A stretch of DNA of 64,000 bases. Source: an uncultured Candidatus Binatia bacterium (GTDB taxonomy: Bacteria; Desulfobacterota; Binatia; UBA9968; CAXXLF01). The notes beneath the pieces are model-generated. The model made no database searches. It saw nothing but the letters and a program-made list of their open reading frames with translations, and was not told the origin of the DNA. The translations under genes were made by a program, and so were the position numbers. The stretch lies in NCBI GenBank assembly GCA_965218425.1, contig OZ244621.1, forward strand, positions 1,472,001 to 1,536,000, written 5' to 3'. Shown piece after piece: positions 54,187-64,000 of this stretch; within the stretch, counting starts at the first letter, position 1; each line of letters opens with the position of its first letter.

Positions 54187-55395
54187 TTATGGGCAGCAGG
54201 CGCCTCCGGGACCGCAGATATTTGGAGAAGTCTGGGTAACTTTGTAGTCTTTTCCCTTAGTCTCACTGGGTTGGCGCCTGACGTCCCGGCTACAGTCAAA
54301 TGGCCCCGCCATTTCCATGGGGATCTCTTCCCTGGGTGGAATCAGAATAAACTGATCCTGGTAGGGTGGCTTGGAGCAAATCCCATAGGTCTTGTCACAC
54401 ACCGCGATTCGCACGCCCCGTGGGAAGGTATGCTGGTCGTCATCCACCACCTGTTTCCATGGGCCGCGGTAGATCACCGTGTGGTTTCTCTCTATACAAG
54501 GACCTTCCTTCCCCTTGTAGGCGGTGAGGGTAACGGAGCGAAATTCAATTCCATGGACGGTCTGATAGGGTTCCGACGGCATTTCCTCCACCCGAATTCC
54601 ATAAAAGCCAGCCGCTTCAAATGCATTCACCAATTCCTCTTCCTGAAAGGCTCCGGAAACGCACCCGCTCCACAGTTCCGGGTCCTCCTTCATGGATTCT
54701 GGCACCCGCTCATCGCTCACAATGTCAGATATGGCGATCCTTCCCCCGCGCTTCAAGACACGGTGCATCTCGGAAAAGAGTTGCTTCTTATCTTCGGATC
54801 GCACGAGATTGAGAACGCAGTTCGAGACAGCGACATCAATGGAGCCGTCAGGGATCATGGGCTGCTCGCGGGAGAGCTTCTCTTCGAATTCCCTCAGTTT
54901 GACCAGCTCAGTCAGAGAGCGAACTGGGTTTGATCGCAAATATCGATCCACCAGCTCCAGGTCTAACCTGAGGTTCTGAATTTTTCCGCGGCGAAACTCC
55001 ACATTGTGAAACCCCAATCGTTCCCCAATGGAGACCCGATGACTTTCGGCCAGGGCCAGCATTTCTTCGGTGAAGTCCACCCCGATCACCCGACCTTGCC
55101 CGCCCACGATCTGGGAAATCATGTAACAGGCCTTTCCACTGCCCGAACCGAGATCGAGGACCGTCTCCCCTTGCCGTACGTGTCGCGAGGGGTCACCACA
55201 ACCGTAGTCCTTCTCTATGATCTCTTCAGGGATGGCCTCCAGAAGCAAAGTATCGTATTGGACGGGGACACACAGACCCATCTCTGCTTCATGGGCGGCC
55301 CCGCCGTATCGCTGTCGAACCACGCGCTCCACATCCAGGCTCCCAACATTACTCCCATTGGAATTGATCATTGTTTCATACCTTTCTTCCGCCAT
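54187..55395 (-). CDS. ArsM-like SAM-dependent methyltransferase with C-terminal extension
   Basis: LCVPV, YGCGDP, VLDLGSGSG, SNCVLNL, WSGCVSGA; Cys-rich tail CGPGGACCP. Confidence 0.82.
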   Translation of the reverse strand: MAEERYETMINSNGSNVGSLDVERVVRQRYGGAAHEAEMGLCVPVQYDTLLLEAIPEEIIEKDYGCGDPSRHVRQGETVLDLGSGSGKACYMISQIVGGQGRVIGVDFTEEMLALAESHRVSIGERLGFHNVEFRRGKIQNLRLDLELVDRYLRSNPVRSLTELVKLREFEEKLSREQPMIPDGSIDVAVSNCVLNLVRSEDKKQLFSEMHRVLKRGGRIAISDIVSDERVPESMKEDPELWSGCVSGAFQEEELVNAFEAAGFYGIRVEEMPSEPYQTVHGIEFRSVTLTAYKGKEGPCIERNHTVIYRGPWKQVVDDDQHTFPRGVRIAVCDKTYGICSKPPYQDQFILIPPREEIPMEMAGPFDCSRDVRRQPSETKGKDYKVTQTSPNICGPGGACCP

Positions 55396-55920
55396 AGGAC
55401 CTCCTGGAAAGTTTTTAGCACACGCCCGCTAAAAAACCATCCGATCAGCGGCAACTTGCCGGGGAATCACCCTAATCTTTCCAGGTCAATAAAACCTCTC
55501 CCTTGGCCAAGGCTTCGGGGGATTCTCCGAAGCTTAAGCGCAGGGGGATTTTCTGCCAAGACACCACCAGGTGAAAATCCAAAATCCGCAGCATGGGATC
55601 CTACAACGATACCAAAACTTTAAATTGTTAACGTTCAAAACATCCAACAAACGCTCTGGAGTTTCTCGAAATGACGAAAATTCTTTCCACGACAATAAAC
55701 CGATTGATGCTCTTGACTTTCATCTTGGTTATTTGAAATTGCTTCAGATTTCGAGTTTCGATATTGCTATTTTATTTAAACATGGCGCGCTATATGGTTC
55801 GACCGTTCCGACAGGCTCACTGCCCCGAGGCTTTCGATGGACGTTTTCGCGCGAGTCATCCTGTCCCGAATTCTGTAATCCGAAGCTGAACGGGAAATTG
55901 CAAATAGGATTGGTTTGTCC

Positions 55921-56127
55921 TCAGTTAAGATGACTTCCAACCGTTGATTCCCTCCAGAACTGCATGACCTCCCAATCAATGGGACCACAGTGAATACATG
56001 TCTCCATGGGGATGGTCACAGACACGGCCTCAAGAAGACCCCCCACTGGAAATCTCTCAGAACCCTCCCCACAGATATCGCAGGTAGGAATGATTTGTCT
56101 ATGCTCGTTCATTATGATTTTACCCAT
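55921..56127 (-). CDS. Small putative zinc-binding protein (two CxxC)
   Basis: MGKIIMNEH...CDIC...CIHC; no clear RBS. Confidence 0.3.
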   Translation of the reverse strand: MGKIIMNEHRQIIPTCDICGEGSERFPVGGLLEAVSVTIPMETCIHCGPIDWEVMQFWRESTVGSHLN

Positions 56128-56334
56128 GACGGCTAGACCTATGCCCGTGGAGAGCCTCCAGGTGGAACAAGAGGCCCTTAACAGGTGGTACGGAGTATAA
56201 ACATTCCATCCCCGGCAAAAGTTCCATGTTTGTAAGAACTTTTCCGATCTGTAGAACGTCATCTGTGGGAACTTTTCATACCGTGCGATTGTTGAAGCAA
56301 CAGTATCGGATACCCAAGCGAAATATGGATCCCC

Positions 56335-56751
56335 GAGACCTCTGCATAACACCATAATTTGAAGGGATTGGCCCACAGAAGGGTTTAGGGGAAGGATTTT
56401 CTCGGGCTGTTGCCCCCTCAACTCAACACGGCAAAACCCGCCAAACAAAAGGTCCCGCTACGGCCATTGCGCCAACCGCTCATCCCACAGCCCATACCAC
56501 ACCCCCAGCAACAGCCCCCGAAACAGCCTCAGAACACGATAGCTCCGACGCCCTGTCCGTGAGGCGCATATCCCGGACACAACACTCTCGATCTTGTGCC
56601 AGTTCAACAAAGCCTCAGTGTCATCAAGGGCTGGCAACGCCGGGGGCTCTAATTCCGTGGCGGATACAAAAATGATGGTTGGGTTGAAAACGGCTTCTGC
56701 ATACCTCACTCTATCCTATCTGATCACGTCTTGAAGTTATGCAGAGGGCTC
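56335..56751 (-). mobile_element. Internally deleted IS5-family element (MITE-like, 417 bp)
   Basis: Terminal IRs GAGACCTCTGCATAAC (56335-56350) and GTTATGCAGAGGGCTC (56736-56751), 15/16 match; internal transposase N-terminal remnant LLNW...GRRSY.VL.LF..LLL..WYGL.D. Confidence 0.85.
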
Positions 56752-56853
56752 ATATAAAAACCGGACCTGGATTGACATAGGAATCTCTAATCGGATAAGC
56801 TCAGTGGAAGGTTATAGCGCACTGGATTTATTGCATAGAGATGGAGAACCTGG

Positions 56854-57663
56854 GTGAATTTGCACATTCCTCTGATACTGTTCATTGCTTTCCTTACCTT
56901 TACTCCGTCCTCGTCGGTTGCCCAGTCTTCGGGCCGTCCGAGCTTATCGACACAGGTATATACCCCGCGTAGCACCGGCGTTGGTTACCCGCTGCAGAAC
57001 AAAGATGCGATCAAGGAGGAGGATCTCCAAGAGAGGCCTCCGATCACTCCGTCCCGGGTGACTTCGCCGGAACCGGGAAAATTTACCGTCCTCCCTGGAA
57101 TTCAGGAAGAGACGGCACCGGCAGAGGCCATGGGTGAAAGTGAAACCTCTAAGGAATTGGAATTAGGGAGCGTGCCCGGATCGAGGGGAGAAAACGAAGA
57201 GGAAGTAATCCCAGGCACGATGGATGAAATCGCTTTCCAACCGGCAGTTCAAGCTTCCTTGATTGCAAAAATCACTCCGAAGACGGCACCCCGACGTGCA
57301 GCCTCACTACGCCTTACCGAGGAAGGAAGACTACTTATCGATTCTGGAGAGTATGAAAAGGCATTGCAGGGATTTGAAAAGACCATTGCAATCGATTCCA
57401 CCAACCCCTACAGTTACTTTTATCTGGCTTTGGCCCACCACCACCTGACCCACTACCAGCAATCGACCAATTTTTTAGATGTGGCAGAATCCCTTTTGAG
57501 CGAGGAGCCCTATTGGCTCGCAAGGGTGTTCGCCCTGAAGGGGAAAAACCTCGAGGCCTTGGGTTCATTGGGGCAGGCCGATGCCAGCTATGCCCAGGCC
57601 CTTCAGCTTGATCCTAATAATCAATCTGCCTTTGAAGCCATCACTGAGATAAAATTCGAATAG
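56854..57663 (+). CDS. Exported TPR-repeat protein
   Basis: Signal peptide, Pro/Glu-rich linker, TPRs (GEYEKAL..FEK.IAID, ASYAQALQLDP). Confidence 0.75.
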   Translation: MNLHIPLILFIAFLTFTPSSSVAQSSGRPSLSTQVYTPRSTGVGYPLQNKDAIKEEDLQERPPITPSRVTSPEPGKFTVLPGIQEETAPAEAMGESETSKELELGSVPGSRGENEEEVIPGTMDEIAFQPAVQASLIAKITPKTAPRRAASLRLTEEGRLLIDSGEYEKALQGFEKTIAIDSTNPYSYFYLALAHHHLTHYQQSTNFLDVAESLLSEEPYWLARVFALKGKNLEALGSLGQADASYAQALQLDPNNQSAFEAITEIKFE

Positions 57664-57698
57664 TGTAAGTTTGACAGATGGAGTAGAGGGGCAAACTG

Positions 57699-58712
57699 CT
57701 ACCTAGACCCCTGCCCCTTCTCGAGGGTGTAGTTGAAGATGAAGCGGATACTAAGCTGTTCTAGAGCAATCTGCTTTGGGATGGGTGTGAATGGGGAAGC
57801 CGCCCCAACGGCCCGAATGGCTTCCCGATCCAGCGCAGAGAATCCCGATGACTGTAAAATCCGCACATTTAGTAAGCGACCATCTTTGAGGATGGTAAAT
57901 TCCACATCCACCTTCCCCTCCTCTCCTTGTTCGCTGGCCTGCTCCGGGTAATGCCACGCGTGAACGATGTTCTCTTTCACCCCCTTGAGATAAGCATGGT
58001 AGTCCATCTGATTGTTAATACCGGTCGGTTCTAACTTGGCGCTTTGTTGTAGAGGTTGTTGAGGTGGTGTAACTTTGGGCTTGGGAGCCTCAATACCAAC
58101 GGTTTCACTGGCACCTTGCAGCGCTTGACGATCTCTGATCCGATCCCTTACGCGTTTAATGGCCTCATCAATGAGTTGTTCTCTCGTGACGTTGGGACTG
58201 ATTTCCTCCGGAGTGAGAGGTGCCACTGGTGGGGTTGTCTCCACTGTTTCTGGTGTTTGGACTGTTATTGGATTTTGGACAGTTTCTGGTAATGCAACAG
58301 TCTTTGTCTTCTTTGATCGGCCCAGGATTTTGTCGATCTTTTGTCCTGTACTAGTGATACCATTGCGGTGGCCCATTTCATGATAGACTTGCAAGGCCTG
58401 AGAATAAGATTCCAAGGCATCAATGGTGTTTCCCTGTAAACGGTGGATTTCGGCTACGTTATTGAAGGCAATGGCCAAGGCCAGTTCCTCCTCATTTTCA
58501 TCGGCCAAGACGATAGCCTCTTGAAGTTTGTCTAATGCCTCAGCGTAATTACCTGTTCTGGCTATGGTACGGGCTTCGTTTATCATGTCAAAAGCCTCAC
58601 CCCGCTCGACGGCAAGTCCAATGGATCCCCCAAAGAAAGTAATTAGGAGAAAGACAATGATCGGTATGGGATGGAAATATGACCTGCTCAATCTGTAAGC
58701 TGCGCGACTCAT
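57699..58712 (-). CDS. TPR plus TonB C-terminal domain protein
   Basis: N-terminal hydrophobic helix, TPRs, P/T-rich linker, WHYPEQA...EGKV.VEFTI.KDG...SSG...LDREA. Confidence 0.8.
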   Translation of the reverse strand: MSRAAYRLSRSYFHPIPIIVFLLITFFGGSIGLAVERGEAFDMINEARTIARTGNYAEALDKLQEAIVLADENEEELALAIAFNNVAEIHRLQGNTIDALESYSQALQVYHEMGHRNGITSTGQKIDKILGRSKKTKTVALPETVQNPITVQTPETVETTPPVAPLTPEEISPNVTREQLIDEAIKRVRDRIRDRQALQGASETVGIEAPKPKVTPPQQPLQQSAKLEPTGINNQMDYHAYLKGVKENIVHAWHYPEQASEQGEEGKVDVEFTILKDGRLLNVRILQSSGFSALDREAIRAVGAASPFTPIPKQIALEQLSIRFIFNYTLEKGQGSR

Positions 58713-58723
58713 AGTCCCTTTAA

Positions 58724-58752
58724 ATCTTAGGATTGTTGTGAGTTGGGGTCAA
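58724..58752 (-). promoter_or_regulatory. sigma-70-like promoter close to the TPR-TonB start
   Basis: TTGACC-N17-TAAGAT on the minus strand. Confidence 0.5.
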
Positions 58753-58830
58753 GGGTTAATATCTTGAGCCCTGGGCATTGGGCCTTTTTTGAATTTCTTG
58801 ATGGCAGTAATGATATAAGGCCCATTGTAA

Positions 58831-59682
58831 ATGGCTAGTGAGCAGCTTCAACAATTCGGCTCCCGTTGGAGTTTACTTATCTCCATGGTTGGCCTTGCCG
58901 TGGGGACGGGCAATATCTGGCGGTTTCCCCGTATTGCGGCAAAGCATGGAGGTAGGACTTTTTTACTCCCCTGGCTGATTTTTCTTTTTCTTTGGTCCAT
59001 TCCCATCATCCTAATGGAGTATGCCATGGAGAAAGGGGCCCGAAAGGGGACCGTGGGTTCCTTTGCCAAGCTGATGGGGGGCTGACTATGCGTGGATGGG
59101 TGCCTTCGCTACCTGGCAGCGGCGCTCAACGGAGAACTACAGGGTTTGGATTCCAGTGGGTCCCTCGCTCTTTGGAACCGGTTCATTAATGGCTACCAGC
59201 CGATTCTATTTCATTTCTTCTCCATGGCCATCGGCACCTTTATCCTCCTCAGGGGAGTGGTCCGGGGGATTGAAAAGGCCAACCGGGTGTCTATTCCCTC
59301 TCTGGCGGTTTTATTGCTGATCTTACTTAGTGCGCGCAGTCACCCTCCCCGGCACCTGGGGAGGAATCGAGCGGTTTTTCACCGTGAGGTGGACCTGTTG
59401 TTAAACCACCGAGTCTGGTTGGATGGATTGACTTAGAATGCGTGGAGCACGGGTGCCGGGTGGGGACTTATTTTAACCTATGCCGTGTATATGAAAAAGA
59501 GAGAAGATACCGGGCTTAACTCAAGCGTGACCGCCTTTGCCAACCACTCGCTATCGCTGGTTTCGGGGATTATGGTCTTTGCCACGGTTTATGCTTTGAT
59601 CCCGCTGCAGGCCGGTGAGGTGATTTCTGAGCCAGGTCCGCACTTCTTGTTTGTCCGTAGTCCCGTAGTCAATGGTCAGTAG
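58831..59682 (+). pseudogene. NSS-family sodium-dependent transporter remnant
   Basis: GLAVGTGNIWRFP; frameshift near 59080; GVVRGIEKAN; in-frame TAG 59434 in DGLT*NAWSTGAGWG; truncated. Confidence 0.88.
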
Positions 59683-59712
59683 TCCCTACTCTTGCTGCCA
59701 ACCGCCTGCCGC
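59651..59712. repeat. Dispersed heptamer-based repeat, copy 2
   Basis: TTGTC-CGTAGTC-CCGTAGTC-AATGGTC-AGTAGTC-CCTACTCTTGCTGCCA. Confidence 0.75.
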
Positions 59713-59734
59713 TCTCTGGTAGCTGATTTCTCTT

Positions 59735-60553
59735 CTAGGATTCCCCCCGCCCCAGTGCCCGGGAACGCTCGGTGGCCTTTAGGATAGCGTCCATTACGGT
59801 TCCCCGCATCCCACCTTTCTCAAGTGCATAGAGGCCAGCGATGGTGGTTCCCCCGGGGGAGGTGATTTCATCTCGCCCTTGTGCCAGGTGCTTGCCGCTT
59901 TCCAAGGCCAGTTTGGCCGAGCCGTAAACGGTTTGGAGGGCCAATTTCAGAGCCACCTCCCGACTGAGGCCCACCTGAACTCCACCATCGGCGAGGGATT
60001 CGAGGAAGAGGAAAACATAGGCCGGCCCACTTCCGCTGAGGGCGGTCACGGCATCAAGGTGTTTTTCCTCCAGGGGTAACGCTATCCCCACACTTTCCAA
60101 TACGCTCTTCACACGCTCCAAGTCGGTTGAAGTGGCGTGGCTTCCCAGGGCGTATCCAGACGCGGCCGCTCCAATGACGCAGGGGGCGTTGGTCATGACG
60201 CGGACTAGCCGGGCCCCCTTCTCAAGGTAGGACTCCATCTTGGCAATGGGAACGCCTGCGGCAACGGAAACCAGGAGCCTGGTTTTGCCAAGCTGCTTGG
60301 AAATGCTTCCGAGAACCGAAGACACCTGAGGCGGTTTGACTGTGAGAATGACTATATCCGCAAATTCACAAACTGCGCCGTTGTCCGAGGTGACTTTGAT
60401 GCCAGTTTCCTGAGAGAGGGCTTTTCGCGCGGTCTCTCGCGGAGCACTGGCCATGACCTGATCTTTGCCCACCAGTTCATTGTTTAGGATGCCGCGTATG
60501 ACGGCGGAACCTATTTTGCCCGCTCCGATAATGCCAATCTTTTCCTTGAGCAT
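59735..60553 (-). CDS. proC: Pyrroline-5-carboxylate reductase
   Basis: IGIIGAGKIG, TVKP, TALSGSGPAY, TSPGGTT; start MLKEK behind a GGGAGGG RBS. Confidence 0.93.
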   Translation of the reverse strand: MLKEKIGIIGAGKIGSAVIRGILNNELVGKDQVMASAPRETARKALSQETGIKVTSDNGAVCEFADIVILTVKPPQVSSVLGSISKQLGKTRLLVSVAAGVPIAKMESYLEKGARLVRVMTNAPCVIGAAASGYALGSHATSTDLERVKSVLESVGIALPLEEKHLDAVTALSGSGPAYVFLFLESLADGGVQVGLSREVALKLALQTVYGSAKLALESGKHLAQGRDEITSPGGTTIAGLYALEKGGMRGTVMDAILKATERSRALGRGES

Positions 60554-61144
60554 GGATCCCTCCCTCTCTGACGTCCCCTTGGTAGTCAAACCCGATCTCA
60601 AAATGATACCACAGGACCCGCTTGAGCTTTCAATAGCGATGAAATTTTCTTCAAATAGGGTTGAACTATGATCGGCGAGGATTCCATGTACGGGTGAGAA
60701 AGGCAAGTGCAGTCCTTGAGGGCCTGCAGGACGACTAAACCGGCTTCCCAATGAAAATATCAACTGGATTCCAGCAAAGCGGCCATCGCTACCCTCTGCG
60801 CGGTCCTGGTGACCACGGCAATCATCTTTTTTGTTCCGGGGGAGGGACGGATTCGTCATCCCATTTTCTAAAAAAGCAAAGGGCTAAGCGCAATTGAGTG
60901 CTGAGTGGTGATTAAGAGAGGGTGAAGGGTGTAGCGTGTAGGGGGCAGAGGGTATGGGACTAAGCGTTAAGTGTAATGTGTCAAGCGGGAGGTAAAATCC
61001 AACTCGGAAATTCGCTGCAGGTCCATTCTCAACCCTGAAAACTTAACACTTGTTAGCTGATAGCCGAAGGCCTAAAGGGGGACGCCATGCGATTTACGCT
61101 ACGATGTTACCAAGATGACTGATAGGGCCGAGGGTCGGTTCGAA

Positions 61145-61582
61145 TTACGTATTGTCGTCCTCGACATCCGTGGTGGCGAGTCTTCGATAGGTTCGTTCTT
61201 CCTCGATCTTTTTGAGGATCTTTGATTCCTTTTCGGTTTCCTCTTGGCACCTCACGCAAAGGCGAGTAAAGGGAAGAACTTTGAGCCGGCCCATGCCGAT
61301 TTCTTCTTCGCAGTTGTCACACCCGCACTCGCACATGCCATAGCTTTTGTCTTCAATCCGTTCCAAGGCATCGTCAATGGCCAACAGTTTGTCCCTCTCG
61401 CGGTCACTCAGGATTATATTGATCTCGCGATCCCTCTCGTCACTAGCTAGGTCGTAGGTGTCACGGCCTTCATCCTTCAATCCCTCGCTCTCTTCCTTGA
61501 GACGATCCTGAATTTCGCGCAGGAGTTGCTTCTTCATCTCCGTTAAGGAGTCCTTAGATTTTTTGAGAAAGTCTTTTCTCAT
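61145..61582 (-). CDS. dksA: DksA/TraR family transcription factor
   Basis: DTYDLA (DxxDxA), ALERIE..SYG, zinc finger ...RL...P.TRLCVRC. Confidence 0.85.
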   Translation of the reverse strand: MRKDFLKKSKDSLTEMKKQLLREIQDRLKEESEGLKDEGRDTYDLASDERDREINIILSDRERDKLLAIDDALERIEDKSYGMCECGCDNCEEEIGMGRLKVLPFTRLCVRCQEETEKESKILKKIEEERTYRRLATTDVEDDNT

Positions 61583-61649
61583 GGTTTTTGCTCCCATAGC
61601 GATCAATCGTTTAGTACCTCAATAGTTTAAAGCAAGTGTCAAGAGCAAT

Positions 61650-62327
61650 TTACGTTCCCAACTCGATTACGTCAACCCCCTCGGGCACCTCGAGACGGAA
61701 TATGGAGTCTGCAAACCCCACCTCTCTTTGCATGCCGGAAAAACGAATGGTGGTAACGTTCCCCACCGCGTCCTCGATCCGGGCCCAGACGATGTCGAAA
61801 TCCCCCTTCTCAATACCCAGACGAAGCTCACCAACCCCCCCCAGTTCCTCTTTTGGGGTCAGCCGAATGATGAAATGGTCCGTCTCAGTTCCTATTAACG
61901 TCCCGTTAAAGTCCCGTTTGAGGTCGCCGATGCCGAGCATGAAGGACAAAGGGGTGTCCGAGAGAAACGCCTTGCTGAGACGGCTCTTGATGACCTGTTT
62001 TTCTTCCGGCTGGTAATAGTAGAGATACTCCCCGTCCGCCAGTATCAACTGCCCCTTTGGATCCTCGTACCGCCACAGCATCTTTCCAGGTCTCCTAAAA
62101 TAAACCATTCCTGATGCCTCGATGATGCGGTTCAGTGTCTTCAATTCCGTTACCTGTTGGAAATCGGCCATAAAATCGATGGTAGATTCGTACTTTTTCT
62201 GGAGGCCACGAAGGATGGACTCGGCATTCTTGGTTCCTTCCGCGGAGACCACAAGGCCAAAAGTTAAGACGGCCACGTTCAAGAAGCACCAAATGGAGAG
62301 GGAAACTATTAATAACCTTTTAGTCAT
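61650..62327 (-). CDS. lolA: Outer-membrane lipoprotein carrier protein
   Basis: ADFQQ, RPGKMLWRY..P..Q.I.ADG, F...VPEGVDVI; directly after ftsK. Confidence 0.88.
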   Translation of the reverse strand: MTKRLLIVSLSIWCFLNVAVLTFGLVVSAEGTKNAESILRGLQKKYESTIDFMADFQQVTELKTLNRIIEASGMVYFRRPGKMLWRYEDPKGQLILADGEYLYYYQPEEKQVIKSRLSKAFLSDTPLSFMLGIGDLKRDFNGTLIGTETDHFIIRLTPKEELGGVGELRLGIEKGDFDIVWARIEDAVGNVTTIRFSGMQREVGFADSIFRLEVPEGVDVIELGT

Positions 62328-64000
62328 CGATTTTTCTTGCAAAAACCTCCCGGGGTTTTGCGCCGTCCGCGGGTCCGATGACCCCATCCTTTTCCATTTG
62401 TTCCACCATTCGGGCCGCCCGGTTGTATCCAACCCTAAGCCTGCGTTGGATCATAGAAATGGACGCTTGCTGGGTCTCGGAGACGATGTCCACTGCCTGG
62501 TCGTACATCTCGTCGTAATCATCCTCCCCGTTCACTCCCTCTACTTCCTTCTTTCCTTCCAGTACTTCGGGTCGGTAACGGGGCTTTGCCTGCTGGTTGA
62601 TAAATTCCACAACCTTACCAATCTCTCGATCGGAGACATAAGCCCCGTGGAGCCGAATTGGGCGTGCTGTGCCGGGGGGGAGAAAGAGCATGTCGCCGTC
62701 TCCCAGAAGACGTTCCGCACCGATGGAGTCAATAATGGTGCGGGAATCCACTCGAGATGTTACCTGAAAAGAAATACGCGCCGGGAAATTTGCCTTTATC
62801 AGGCCCGTCAAGACATCCACCGAGGGTCGCTGGGTTGCTAGAATCATATGGATTCCTGCGGCCCTTGCCTTTTGAGCAAGACGCGTGATGTACTCCTCCA
62901 CCTCCCGACCTCCCGTCATCATGAGATCGGCCAACTCGTCCACCACGATAACAATGCGAGAAAGCCTCTCGTGTACGAGGGGCGGACCCTCTTCCAGGCT
63001 GCCGCCCATTTCTGCCTCCTCCGCCGTGGACTCGTCAACCTCCGCAAGCTCGATCACCTTTTCCGGGGCGGTTTCCCTGGCCAATAGCCGGTTGTAATGA
63101 TCGAGGTCTCTGGCCCCCTTATCGCGCATGAGACGATACCGGCGATCCATTTCTTCCATGGCCCAGAACAGGGCAGCCGTGGCCCTTTTAGGTTCAACCA
63201 CCACAGGGACCAAGAGGTGGGGCAGATTCTCGTACACAGAGAGTTCCAGCATTTTGGGATCAATCATAAGAAACTGAACGTCCTGCGGGGTCGCCCTGAA
63301 CAGCATGCTCAATATCATTGCGTTAATGGACACAGACTTTCCGGTTCCCGTGGCTCCGGCCACGAGCAAATGCGGCATTCGGGCCAGGTCTGTAATAAAA
63401 GGGTGACCGGAAGTATCCTTTCCTATGGCCAGGTTCAGCTTGGACTCGGCGTTCTGATAAAGTTGGCTCTCAAGGAGTTGTTTTAGGAACACCTTCTCAC
63501 GCTTCGGGTTGGGAATCTCAATTCCGACCACCGATTCACCGGGAATTGGGGCCAGTATCCGCACGCTTACGGCCCGGAGCACCATGGAGAGGTCATCCGC
63601 TAGAGTAACGATGCGCCTCACTTTTACCCCTGAAGCCGGCTTGAATTCGAACATGGTAATGACCGGTCCGGGCCGCACCGCCACCACCTCTCCCGCAACG
63701 CCAAAATCGTTGAGTTTCTTTTGCAAGATCAGCGAATTGGCCTGCAGCGCGTCCTTGTCGATCTTGATCTGTCCCCCGTTTGGGGTATCCAAAAAGCCGA
63801 CAGACGGAAAGTTATAGCCATGTCGGATTTCGGGAAGCTCAAACTGCTCCGGCTTTGGTGGTGTTCTTTTCTTTACCTTCTTTGACGGATCCTCAGCATG
63901 GGTTTCTTCTTTTAGAACGATGGGTGGGGCTTTGAACTCCCGGCGATCCTTTTTTTTATTCTCCGCCGTTAATTTTTCTTTTCGCTCCTTGAAATACAGG
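62320..64000 (-). CDS. ftsK: DNA translocase FtsK; 5' end outside window
   Basis: PHLLVAGATGTGKS, IDPKMLEL, VDELADLM, ATQRPSVD, gamma domain QRRLRVGYNRAAR. Confidence 0.97.
   Translation of the reverse strand, partial: LYFKERKEKLTAENKKKDRREFKAPPIVLKEETHAEDPSKKVKKRTPPKPEQFELPEIRHGYNFPSVGFLDTPNGGQIKIDKDALQANSLILQKKLNDFGVAGEVVAVRPGPVITMFEFKPASGVKVRRIVTLADDLSMVLRAVSVRILAPIPGESVVGIEIPNPKREKVFLKQLLESQLYQNAESKLNLAIGKDTSGHPFITDLARMPHLLVAGATGTGKSVSINAMILSMLFRATPQDVQFLMIDPKMLELSVYENLPHLLVPVVVEPKRATAALFWAMEEMDRRYRLMRDKGARDLDHYNRLLARETAPEKVIELAEVDESTAEEAEMGGSLEEGPPLVHERLSRIVIVVDELADLMMTGGREVEEYITRLAQKARAAGIHMILATQRPSVDVLTGLIKANFPARISFQVTSRVDSRTIIDSIGAERLLGDGDMLFLPPGTARPIRLHGAYVSDREIGKVVEFINQQAKPRYRPEVLEGKKEVEGVNGEDDYDEMYDQAVDIVSETQQASISMIQRRLRVGYNRAARMVEQMEKDGVIGPADGAKPREVFARKIDD

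Noticed and set aside
55921..56448. 175-aa ORF as a real gene
   Set aside because: Its 5' part runs across the IS inverted repeat; only the 3' CxxC part is plausible
60554..60859. N-terminal extension on ProC (also the long ORF-track starts for bioA, bioD, npdG and lolA)
   Set aside because: Extensions overlap neighbouring genes or spacer DNA; family-typical starts lie downstream

Overview
Chromosomal window from a roughly 53-55% GC (by eye) Gram-negative bacterium. The gene mix (Rieske oxygenase, amidohydrolase, LLM, TTT and Fe3+-type ABC transporters, F420 biosynthesis) suggests a deltaproteobacterial/Binatia-like organism; this is inference only. Intact core loci: tRNA-Leu(CAA), ppiD-like, gloA, cofG-cofH-cofD-cofC-cofE-npdG, recD2, a CNNM/CorC protein, hisC, bioF-bioA-bioD, larC, an unusual co-directional gyrB-gyrA-gpsA-rpmH-rnpA-yidD-yidC-jag string without dnaA/dnaN/recF, proC, dksA, lolA and ftsK (partial). 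The most interesting locus (2931-8330) is a cyanate-utilisation operon (cynABD-cynS-glnB) that appears to be under two-tier control. Two sigma-54 promoters each carry paired GCCTA-N5-TAGGC-type palindromes. An upstream REC-ANTAR protein lacks its phospho-acceptor Asp. A ~265-nt structured leader holds two ANTAR-type hairpins about 165 nt apart plus an overlapping terminator. Accessory genes are heavily decayed (about a dozen pseudogenes or remnants). The window also holds a 417-bp internally deleted IS5-family element, an arsM/glycosyltransferase cluster, a divergent CysC-like kinase, a six-Cys DksA, dispersed 7-bp and 9-bp-period intergenic repeats and several candidate structured RNAs. All calls come from reading the sequence by eye; no searches or folding programs were run.
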